Of a stretch of DNA of 64,000 bases, positions 8,739 to 16,372 are shown in pieces. Made by a program: the position numbers and the translations under genes. This DNA is from an uncultured Gammaproteobacteria bacterium (GTDB lineage Bacteria > Pseudomonadota > Gammaproteobacteria > Steroidobacterales > Steroidobacteraceae): assembly GCA_963707145.1 (NCBI GenBank), contig CAVPOQ010000006.1, positions 30,159-94,158 of the forward strand. Reading direction: 5' to 3'. Position 1 is the first letter of the stretch. Each line of letters opens with the position of its first letter. The notes beneath the pieces are model-generated. The model was not told the origin of the DNA and searched no databases. It saw only the letters and a program-made list of their open reading frames with translations.

Positions 8739-9455
8739 TCAGGTGGCGAGGCAGAGTTGCGACAGCTCCGCCTCGAGCGCGGCGGCCAGCGAGTCGGTCG
8801 AGGGAATGTCCCGGACTGACACGAGTTGGTCGCAACTGGCGGTGCGATCCTCGATCGCCCTTACGAGCCGCGGCTCCTCCCGCCCGAGCCAGACGCGCAT
8901 CAGCGCCTCCCAGTCGGAGCGGCCGATCAGCACGCCGATGCACACCGCGATCGCATCCCGGCGCCGGATCTGGGAGAGGCCGACGATCTTGCGGGCTCCC
9001 GCCGCAACCAGCTCGCCGTGCGATACCCCGGCGAAGCAAAGCCAGCCCAACTCGTCGTCAAGGTGCAGCGGCGTCGCTGCCGGCGACGGGGTGCCTGGTG
9101 CGAGTTCCGTCGGCACGCGAAGACGCTCGAGCACACGGCGGCAGGCTTCGCCAACCACACGGTACCCCGCGGGCAGGCTCATCCGCGCAAGGGCGTGCGC
9201 TGCGGGCAGCAGCAGGGTCAGGCTCAGCATCCACGGACCCGCCAGGACCGCCCCGCCGCCGCTGGCACGCCCGATCACCGCAAGACACTCGCGATCGGCG
9301 CGCTGCAGGAGTTCCGGTGACGGCTTCTGGCCGCGCCCCAGCACGACCGCAGGCGTGGAGTAGTGCCAGCTGATGACGCGCGGTCCGGTCGCGCCCGCCG
9401 CCATCGCATCGCGGATCTGCCGCTGCTCCGTTTCTGCGTCACTGATGGTGAGCAT
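8739..9455 (-). CDS. Biotin/lipoate A/B protein ligase family protein (short LplA/LipB-like)
   Basis: 238 aa. VVLGRGQ, GGGAVLAGPWM and the ARKIVGLSQIRRR (lysine motif) resemble the BPL_LplA_LipB catalytic domain. It starts 15 nt after the E2 stop. Confidence 0.7.
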   Translation of the reverse strand: MLTISDAETEQRQIRDAMAAGATGPRVISWHYSTPAVVLGRGQKPSPELLQRADRECLAVIGRASGGGAVLAGPWMLSLTLLLPAAHALARMSLPAGYRVVGEACRRVLERLRVPTELAPGTPSPAATPLHLDDELGWLCFAGVSHGELVAAGARKIVGLSQIRRRDAIAVCIGVLIGRSDWEALMRVWLGREEPRLVRAIEDRTASCDQLVSVRDIPSTDSLAAALEAELSQLCLAT

Positions 9456-9470
9456 GTCCGGCGGCCCCGG

Positions 9471-10154
9471 TCAGAAATCGCAGGCGCTGAGGCGACGCAC
9501 CACCGCGCTGAGGAACAGTCCAGCGGGGTGCCCGTCGAGCGCCCGGTGGTCGAATACCAGCGTCAAGGTCATCATCGGTCGGGCCACCACCGCGCCATCC
9601 ACCACGACGGCCCGCGGTGCGACCCGGCCGACCCCCAGGATGGCGATCTGAGGCGGGTTGAGGACGGGAGTGAACCAGTCGATGCCCGTGGCACCGAGCG
9701 TGCTGACCGTGAAGGTGCCGCGCTGGTAGGCCGACGCCGGCAGGCGCCCGGCGCGCGCGCCGTCCGCGAGCGTCGCGACCTCGGCCTCGAGCGCCGCGAA
9801 GTCCTTCGTGTGCGCCTGCGGGACCACGGGCACCACGACGCCGTTGGAAGTGTTCACGGCCACGCCGAGGTTGACCTGCGGCCAGAGCTCGACGCCCTGC
9901 TCGGAAACGATGCCGTTGACCGCCGGGTGCTCGCGCAATGTCAGGGCGACGGAGCGCAGCACCGCATGCGTGATCGAGATCCTGCGGCCGGTGTCCTGCC
10001 GTTCCTTCTCGACGCGCGGCAGGACCGCCGTCATGTCGGCATCGAGCCCCTGCGCCACCCGCGGCGCCTGCCACGCCGCCGTGAGGCTGCGCGCGATCAT
10101 GCCGCGAATGCCCTTGAGGGGAACGATCGTCCTGCCGTCGTCGCCGGCGCTCAT
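9471..10154 (-). CDS. 2-oxoacid dehydrogenase E2 acyltransferase, catalytic domain only
   Basis: 227 aa. VPLKGIRGMIARSL and the active-site DHRALDG motif are present. It has no lipoyl domain and no peripheral-subunit-binding domain. Confidence 0.85.
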   Translation of the reverse strand: MSAGDDGRTIVPLKGIRGMIARSLTAAWQAPRVAQGLDADMTAVLPRVEKERQDTGRRISITHAVLRSVALTLREHPAVNGIVSEQGVELWPQVNLGVAVNTSNGVVVPVVPQAHTKDFAALEAEVATLADGARAGRLPASAYQRGTFTVSTLGATGIDWFTPVLNPPQIAILGVGRVAPRAVVVDGAVVARPMMTLTLVFDHRALDGHPAGLFLSAVVRRLSACDF

Positions 10155-10157
10155 GGA

Positions 10158-10406
10158 TCAGCCGGCCTCGATGCGAGCGAGGACCTTGCCGCGTGGGAAA
10201 TTCTGCGTCGCAGCGACCTCGATCGACTCGACGACCCCGGCGGCTGGAGCCGTGACTTCGTGCGTTGCCTTCACCAGCACGACGTTCGCGATGATCTGGC
10301 CCATTTCGACCCGGTCACCCACCGCGACGAGCCACTCGTCGAGCAGCGCTTCGGTGCCCTCCTCGACGTCGGCCCACGGTTCATCCGGAAACGTAACGTC
10401 CACCAT
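10158..10406 (-). CDS. Stand-alone lipoyl-attachment domain protein (E2 N-terminal domain)
   Basis: 82 aa. LVKATHEVTAPAAGVVESIEV matches the E2 lipoyl-lysine hairpin pattern (xKAxxEVxAPxxGxV). GAGGAG lies 7 nt upstream of ATG 10406. Its TGA stop is in frame with the next ORF. Confidence 0.8.
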   Translation of the reverse strand: MVDVTFPDEPWADVEEGTEALLDEWLVAVGDRVEMGQIIANVVLVKATHEVTAPAAGVVESIEVAATQNFPRGKVLARIEAG

Positions 10407-10421
10407 AGTCTTGCTCCTCGG

Positions 10422-11456
10422 TTACCAGGCGAGCTTGCTGGCCATGAGCGCCTCGGCGGCCGCGACGATGTGATCCACCTGCGGGATCACGACCTTCTCG
10501 AGCGCCGGGCTGTACGGAATGGAAACTCCGGGAATGCCCAGGCGCCGGATGGGCGCCTTGAGACGGATGCGATCGAGCCGCTCGGCGACCAGCGCCGTGA
10601 TCTCGCCCGTCATGCCGAAGTTGAGGTAGTCCTCGTCCACGACCAGCAGCCGGCCGGTTCTGGCGACCGAGGCCGTGATGGCCTCGACGTCGAGTGGCAC
10701 CAGCGTGCGCGGGTCGATGACTTCGGCCGAGATGCCCTTGTCTGCCAGGTGCTGCGCGGCCAGTGCCGCCTTCTGCACGGTCTGGGAGAGTCCGACGATC
10801 GTGAGGTCGCTGCCTTCGCGCACCACGCGAGCCTTGCCGAACGGGATGGCGTAGGACTCCGCGGACACCTCGTCGTCGATCGTGATGTCGACGTAGCCCA
10901 TCACCGGCAGGCCGAGGATGGCCTTGTGGAACAGGTACACCACCGGGTTGTCGTCCCGGATCGCGGTGATCATGAGTCCCTTGGCGTCGTGCGGGTTCGA
11001 CGGCACCACGACCTTGAGTCCCGGCACGTGCGCAAACAGGCCGTGCAGGGTCTGCGAGTGCTGCGCGGCGTCGGAAAAGCCACCACCGGTGCTCGCCGTG
11101 ATGACCAGCGGCAGTTTGAGTGCCCCGCCGGACATGTAGGTCGCTTTACCGATCTCGTTCATGATCTGCCCGAAGCAGACACCCATGAAGTCGACGAACA
11201 TGAGTTCGGCGATGGGGCGGAGACCTGCGCTCGCGGCACCGAGTGCGGCCCCCATGATCCCGGTCTCGGAGATCGGCGTGTCGAGCACCCGGTCCGGGAA
11301 CCGCTTGTGCAGCCCGGCCGTCGACTGGAACACGCCGCCCATCTTGCCAACGTCCTCGCCCATGACGATGACGCGCGGATCGCGCTCCATCTCCTGCTGG
11401 ATGCCCTCGACCATGGCCTGGAAGAAGGCCAGCTTGCGAGTCTTCACTTCAGTCAT
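10422..11456 (-). CDS. TPP-dependent 2-oxoacid/acetoin dehydrogenase E1 component, beta subunit
   Basis: 344 aa with a transketolase-like pyrimidine-binding and C-terminal domain pattern (VIVMGEDVG.. GGVF.., DTPISE, VVVPSNPHDAKGL). Confidence 0.9.
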   Translation of the reverse strand: MTEVKTRKLAFFQAMVEGIQQEMERDPRVIVMGEDVGKMGGVFQSTAGLHKRFPDRVLDTPISETGIMGAALGAASAGLRPIAELMFVDFMGVCFGQIMNEIGKATYMSGGALKLPLVITASTGGGFSDAAQHSQTLHGLFAHVPGLKVVVPSNPHDAKGLMITAIRDDNPVVYLFHKAILGLPVMGYVDITIDDEVSAESYAIPFGKARVVREGSDLTIVGLSQTVQKAALAAQHLADKGISAEVIDPRTLVPLDVEAITASVARTGRLLVVDEDYLNFGMTGEITALVAERLDRIRLKAPIRRLGIPGVSIPYSPALEKVVIPQVDHIVAAAEALMASKLAW

Positions 11457-11480
11457 GGCGCTGTACCTGCAGTGCGTCGG

Positions 11481-12521
11481 TCAGGCCGACGTGGTCTCGA
11501 CGAACGTGTGAAGGAAGGCCTCCTCGGCTGCCGGATAGTCACTCTGCCGCGCGAACGCGATGGCAGCCTCGACGCGGCTCTTCGCGCGGTCGCGAATCTC
11601 CTTCTGCCGCGCATCGTCGAGCAGCCCCTCGGCCTTGAGCCGCCCCTCGTAGGCCTTGAGGGCATCCTTCTTCTTGAGCAACTCCACCTCGCCCTTCGGA
11701 CGATAGGTCTCGGGATCGCCCTGGAAGTGGCCGTAGAACCGGTCCACCTTGACCTCGATCAGCGTCGGGCCGTCGCCTGCGCGCGCGCGCGCAACCGCCT
11801 CGCCCACCGCCGCGAACACCTGGTCGGCGTCGTTCTCGGGGACGCGAACGCCCGGCATGCCATAGCCGGCGGCGCGGGTCGCTACGGATTCCACGGACGT
11901 CGAGGCCGCCTTGTTGACGGAGATGCCGTAGTTGTTGTCCTGGCACACGAAGACGCAGGGCAGCTTCCAAAGGCCTGCCATGTTGAGCGCCTCGTGGAAC
12001 GAGCCCTGGTTGCTCGCGCCCTCGCCGAACTCCGACAGCGCCACGGCACCGTTGCCGAGCTTCTTGCAGGCCAGCGCGGCGCCAACTGCCTGGGGAATGC
12101 CCGCACCCACGATCCCGGAGCAGGCGAAGTTCACGTTCGTGTCGAACAGGTGCATGTGGCCTCCCTTGCCACGGCCGAGGCCGGTCACCTTGCCGAAGAT
12201 CTCGGCCGCCATCCGGTTAAGGTCCACGCCCTTGGCGATCGCGAAGTGGTGGGCGCGGTGAGTGCCCCAGACCGAGTCCTCGCGCTTGAGGTGCGCGCAG
12301 GAACCGACCGCAGCCGCCTCCTGGCCCGCGGCAAGGTGCATCTCGCCCGGGATCGGCCCCGCACCGAGATCGAACGCCAGCCTGGGCTGGATCCTGGGGG
12401 GCAGCTTGCCCTCGAAGTACGCGAGCGCGAGCGTGTCCTCGAAGTTGCGGATCACGCACATCGTCTCGTACATCCAGAGTCGCTGCTCGGTGCTCGGTTT
12501 CATCGTGTCTTCCATCGTCAT
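11481..12521 (-). CDS. TPP-dependent 2-oxoacid/acetoin dehydrogenase E1 component, alpha subunit
   Basis: 346 aa. TPP-binding GEGASNQG...NN motif (SEFGEGASNQGSFHEALNMA..CQDNNYGIS). GAGG upstream of ATG 12521. Confidence 0.9.
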   Translation of the reverse strand: MTMEDTMKPSTEQRLWMYETMCVIRNFEDTLALAYFEGKLPPRIQPRLAFDLGAGPIPGEMHLAAGQEAAAVGSCAHLKREDSVWGTHRAHHFAIAKGVDLNRMAAEIFGKVTGLGRGKGGHMHLFDTNVNFACSGIVGAGIPQAVGAALACKKLGNGAVALSEFGEGASNQGSFHEALNMAGLWKLPCVFVCQDNNYGISVNKAASTSVESVATRAAGYGMPGVRVPENDADQVFAAVGEAVARARAGDGPTLIEVKVDRFYGHFQGDPETYRPKGEVELLKKKDALKAYEGRLKAEGLLDDARQKEIRDRAKSRVEAAIAFARQSDYPAAEEAFLHTFVETTSA

Positions 12522-12537
12522 CGGTATTGCCTCGGGG

Positions 12538-13338
12538 TCAGCCGCCCTGCTTGCGCAGCGCGTCGGCCACCATCCTGTCGGTGATGCGGTTCATCAGGCC
12601 GGGGAATAGCCGGGCCAGGACGCGTGTCAGCCTGGCCTTGAACCCGGTCACGATCATCCACTCGCCGCGCTCGGCGCCCCGGAGAATGTCGTTGCAGAGG
12701 TCGTCGATCGAAACGACACCCGCGAAATCCTTGGTCGCCATGCTGACCGGCGAAGCCGTCTTGCGTTCCTCGAGGACCATCGGCGTCACCACCTCGGGCG
12801 GGCACACCACGGTGACGTCGATACCGCGCGGCTTGCACTCGATGCGCAGCGCCGAGGCGAGGCCGACCACGCCGAACTTCGAGGCGTTGTAGGCCGCGTA
12901 ACCGTAGTTGCCGACGAGGCCGGCCAGCGACGCGACGAGCACCAGGTTGCTGCCCGGCGCCATGTGCGACAGGACCGCGGCCGCGAAGTTGCGAGAGCCG
13001 CGCAGGTTCACGTCGACTACCCAGTCGAAGTCGGCCGCGCTCAGTTCCGCAAAGATCCTGTTGCGCTGCACACCAGCCGAGTTGATGGCAAGTTGCGGCA
13101 CTCCCACCTGGCCGACCGCGGCGCCCACGGCGGCCGCCAGCCCTTCGGCGTCACGCACGTCGACCTCGTGAAAGACGGAACCGGGCGCCGCGCTGCTCAG
13201 CCTGCGCCGAACGTCGTCGCTCAGCTTGAGGTCGAAGATGGCGAGCCGCACCTTGCGCTGCGCGAGCATTTCCGCGAGCCGCAAGCCGATGCCGCTGCCG
13301 CCGCCCGTCACGAATGCGGTCGTCCAGACGCTGCTCAT
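12538..13338 (-). CDS. Short-chain dehydrogenase/reductase (SDR)
   Basis: Start at ATG 13338 (MSSVWTTAFVTGGGSGIG) with GGGGGAG upstream. TGxxxGIG and YxxxK (YAAYNASK) motifs. Confidence 0.85.
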   Translation of the reverse strand: MSSVWTTAFVTGGGSGIGLRLAEMLAQRKVRLAIFDLKLSDDVRRRLSSAAPGSVFHEVDVRDAEGLAAAVGAAVGQVGVPQLAINSAGVQRNRIFAELSAADFDWVVDVNLRGSRNFAAAVLSHMAPGSNLVLVASLAGLVGNYGYAAYNASKFGVVGLASALRIECKPRGIDVTVVCPPEVVTPMVLEERKTASPVSMATKDFAGVVSIDDLCNDILRGAERGEWMIVTGFKARLTRVLARLFPGLMNRITDRMVADALRKQGG

Positions 13339-13572
13339 GTGGCTCCCCCTGTTACCGCCCCGACTGCCATCGCCCGATTGGGGCCGGTTCGAAGGCGCCC
13401 GACGGGTTCTCGCGAGCGAGGACGACATGCGCCCTGCGCGATCCGCAGCCTTTGGACTCTAGGCTCGGGACCGGTGGCAGGGAATCCCGATCTCTTGGTA
13501 CCACCGATAAGCGCGCTAATCGGAGCAGCCGCGCCACGCCGTCGTCACTCGGCGGTCCGTCGCGGCGACCCC

Positions 13573-15417
13573 CTACGGGGAATACCAGATCGGCGAGCCG
13601 TAGACGCGTTCCTGGATGGTCGCGGGGCGTCCCGTGTCCTGCCACGGCTTGTCGAGCGCGATCGAGTCGAGCAGCGAATAGCGCGGCGTCGGGATTTCCA
13701 GCACGCGCGCGTAGTAGAACGCACGCTGCGCCGGGTCGAACTGCGGATCCCTCCACACCGCCTGCAGTTCGGCGGCTCCGATGTCGTTCGAATAGCGCCC
13801 GGTGGCGAGATCCACGGTGTTGCCCACGGGCGTCGCGCAGCGGCCGTCCGGCCCGATCGTCCGTCCATCGGACACCGCGACGTCGTAGATGCGCTCGCGC
13901 GTGGTGCCATCTGCCTCGAGCCAACCCTTCACCACCTGCACGCGATCGAGGTTGGCGCCGAGCGGATCCTTCATGGCGGCCACGAGGAACGCGGGGGCCT
14001 TGCGGCCGGCGCCCGCCCTGAGGTCGCCGCCCATGGGCACGCCCTTGCGGTAGCCGAGCGCCGCGAGATCCTTCGTCTTGAGGTCCGCCCTGTCGAATTC
14101 GAAGCCACCGAAGAATCGCAGCGTGATACGCGGCCCGGTCGACGCATAGACCTCCCTGCGCTTGAAGGCTTCGTAGATCGCCTGGCGGGTATTGTCCTTC
14201 GCCCATGCCGCGACATAGCCTGCCGCGCCCATGTCCCAGCCCTTGGCAGCACCCAGACCGCTTGGACCGCTGCGCGTGGCCGGGAAGGCATCGTGATAGC
14301 TCTTGCCCGCGAAGCCCGTCTCCTCCACCGCCGACATGCCGGTGTGGGAGTCGGAACTGCCGATCAGGCCGAACTTGTAGGGATTGACGCCGAGCTTCGC
14401 GTCCAGCGCCAGCCCGCGCCTGAGGCCCGCGCGGGCGTAGTCGGCGTCGGTGGGGTCCGGAGTCTTGCGATCGACGGTCATGACGAAGTTGTAGGTCTCG
14501 TAGCCTGCAAACTCGTCGGTCGGCGACAGCATCGGGTGAGTCTCCGAGTCGCCCTTGATCTGCGTGACCTCGAGCACCGGTTCCCACTCGGCGCGCGTCC
14601 TCGCGTAGGACGCGTCCAGCGGCTGGCCGTTCGCCCGGGCGAGCGGGAACATGCGACCGTCGCTCAGGTTGGCGTTGTGCGGGATCGAGAGGAACTGCGC
14701 GCCGGTGCGGCCGCTCACCTCGCCCAGCCAGCGCCAGAGCGCCTCGGGGTCCTGGCTCTCGAGCGCACTGAAGGGCAGGAACTGGCGCGCGACCTCGCCA
14801 CCCTGCGGCGTGAACACGACGCGGTGAATGTTTCCGCCGCCCGGCTGCGAACTCCACTCCCAGCCGATCAACGCCGTGAACACGCCCGGCTCGTTGTAGC
14901 GCTCCGCCGCATCGATGATCTCGTGCCACGTGCTGCGCCGCTTCTCACCGCCGTGCAGGTCTACGTAGGCCTGCTTCGGCGTGAGTCCATAGGCATTGGG
15001 CAGGCCGCTGCCGGCCGACGCGAGCAGGTCGTAAACCGCCTGCAGTTCCGATTCGCTCTTGCTGCCCCCGATACGGCGCAGCAGTTTGCCGGTGTCCGTG
15101 TCCGCGAACGCAGGGTCCCCGGCGAACAGTTTGGGCATCGCTCCAAGCACTTCCGCGTGATCGGCGACGACCAGGAAGTCGAGCGGACGGGATAACTGCC
15201 AGCGCGTCTGCGTCGTGGGACTCACGACCGGCAGGCCCCGGGCAAAGCGGTAGGCGGTGTCCGGTGTCGCGCTGAACGTGCCGAACAGGTAGACGTCGAA
15301 CGAGTAGCTCGTGTGCAGATGCGTGTCGCCCCAGTAGGGGCGCGTCTGTGCGCCGCTGGCCGGCGCAAGCACTGCTCCGAGACACGCGAGGCCTGAAACC
15401 ACGACTCGCAGCCTCAT
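13573..15417 (-). CDS. Exported DUF3604-family protein (PHP-like metal-dependent hydrolase fold), paralogue A
   Basis: 614 aa with a Sec signal peptide (..AVLAPASGAQT). Motifs WGDTHLHTSYSFD, RPLDFLVVADHAE, SIPHNANLSDGRMF, GSSDSHTG and a C-terminal YYARVLEIPTPR...GSPIWYSP. Strong GGAGGAG upstream. Confidence 0.8.
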   Translation of the reverse strand: MRLRVVVSGLACLGAVLAPASGAQTRPYWGDTHLHTSYSFDVYLFGTFSATPDTAYRFARGLPVVSPTTQTRWQLSRPLDFLVVADHAEVLGAMPKLFAGDPAFADTDTGKLLRRIGGSKSESELQAVYDLLASAGSGLPNAYGLTPKQAYVDLHGGEKRRSTWHEIIDAAERYNEPGVFTALIGWEWSSQPGGGNIHRVVFTPQGGEVARQFLPFSALESQDPEALWRWLGEVSGRTGAQFLSIPHNANLSDGRMFPLARANGQPLDASYARTRAEWEPVLEVTQIKGDSETHPMLSPTDEFAGYETYNFVMTVDRKTPDPTDADYARAGLRRGLALDAKLGVNPYKFGLIGSSDSHTGMSAVEETGFAGKSYHDAFPATRSGPSGLGAAKGWDMGAAGYVAAWAKDNTRQAIYEAFKRREVYASTGPRITLRFFGGFEFDRADLKTKDLAALGYRKGVPMGGDLRAGAGRKAPAFLVAAMKDPLGANLDRVQVVKGWLEADGTTRERIYDVAVSDGRTIGPDGRCATPVGNTVDLATGRYSNDIGAAELQAVWRDPQFDPAQRAFYYARVLEIPTPRYSLLDSIALDKPWQDTGRPATIQERVYGSPIWYSP

Positions 15418-15516
15418 GAATTCTCCTCCGAATGCGGCCGGTGGCGAACGCGACCGACCGCGCGTCGCGCCGTCACCGCCGCGGATCGCCCGTGCGGGTC
15501 TTGATTCCCTGCCGAC

Positions 15517-16023
15517 TCAGCGAGCGCTCGTCGGCACCGGGGCCGTGATGTAGGTCATCTGGTCGCAACACTGGTCCTTGATGCCCTGGTCGACCCACGC
15601 CTTGATCATCCCGGCGTCCATCAGCCCGAGGAACGTGCCGTCGGGCATGAAGTTGATGTTCGAGCCGGTCACGACCATGAACGTGTCGGTGTCCTCGGTG
15701 TTGCCCGCCGGCGTGTTGAACTGGTGGATCGAACCGCCCGGCTCGTACAGATAGTCACCCGCCTTCTGCACCTGGTCGGGATATTCCGTGTAGTACCACG
15801 CGCCGGACATCGTGTAGATGTGCACGGTGCCGGTGTGGAAGTGCAGCGGCAGTGTCACCCCTGGCGCGAACTTGACCCGCAACACCCACACGCCGTTGTG
15901 CGGATCGAGAAACAGCGGGTAGGCCTTGATGCCGGGATGCAGCAGGCCCTCGAGGAACTTGCCCACGTTCGTGTTGACCGTGAGCAGCTTGTCCTGCTTG
16001 GTGACGACTTCTGGCAATGACAT
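15517..16023 (-). CDS. Cupin protein of the 2,4'-dihydroxyacetophenone dioxygenase-like family
   Basis: 168 aa. LPLHFHTGTVHIYTMSGAWYYTEYPDQ..AGDYLYEPGGSIHQF is a cupin His motif resembling the DAD family from memory. GGGGGAG upstream. Confidence 0.7.
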   Translation of the reverse strand: MSLPEVVTKQDKLLTVNTNVGKFLEGLLHPGIKAYPLFLDPHNGVWVLRVKFAPGVTLPLHFHTGTVHIYTMSGAWYYTEYPDQVQKAGDYLYEPGGSIHQFNTPAGNTEDTDTFMVVTGSNINFMPDGTFLGLMDAGMIKAWVDQGIKDQCCDQMTYITAPVPTSAR

Positions 16024-16051
16024 TCGTACTCCCCCTTTGTTGAAGCGGCAA

Positions 16052-16213
16052 TCAGCGCAGCGGCTTGGTCACGGTCTTGCGGATTACCTTGTCCTTCTTG
16101 TCGTCCACCTTGTCCTCCATCTTGTCGACGGGACCCTTGTCGATCAGCTTGTCCGTCTGGTCCTTGACTTCGTTCTCGACCTTGTTGGTCACGACTTTGG
16201 TGCCAATGCCCAT
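16052..16213 (-). CDS. Unlisted 53-aa lysine/aspartate-rich hydrophilic mini-protein
   Basis: ATG 16213 to TGA 16052 gives MGIGTKVVTNKVENEVKDQTDKLIDKGPVDKMEDKVDDKKDKVIRKTVTKPLR. AGGAG lies 8 nt upstream. About 48 of 53 codons end in G/C. It is below the ORF-track length cut-off. Confidence 0.55.
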   Translation of the reverse strand: MGIGTKVVTNKVENEVKDQTDKLIDKGPVDKMEDKVDDKKDKVIRKTVTKPLR

Positions 16214-16372
16214 GTCTGCGCTCCTGTCTGCTGTGGTTGAGGGGTGTACCAGACCGGCGAGTTATCGGCGCGTTCCCGGATGCTCGCCGGCACGTCGGTG
16301 CGCAGGGTCGAAGCGCGCCGACTGACGACTCTGTTCACACCTGTGGCTTGCATCTCGGTACCTGCCGCCCCA

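Noticed and set aside
10155-10160. The in-frame TGA between the lipoyl and catalytic ORFs as a selenocysteine codon
   Set aside because: I saw no SECIS-like hairpin immediately downstream. E2 linkers have no known Sec. An ATG with normal spacing follows. The split is kept only as a split, nonsense or read-through question.
9363-12584. 1073-aa ORF on the plus strand, and similar giants at 54698..58042, 34389..36749, 36649..38571, 59441..61450, 21855..23900 and 12964..15195
   Set aside because: These are antisense shadows of well-supported minus-strand genes in GC-rich DNA. Their translations are Arg/Ala/Gly/Pro/His low-complexity with no motifs, and their third positions are not GC-enriched.
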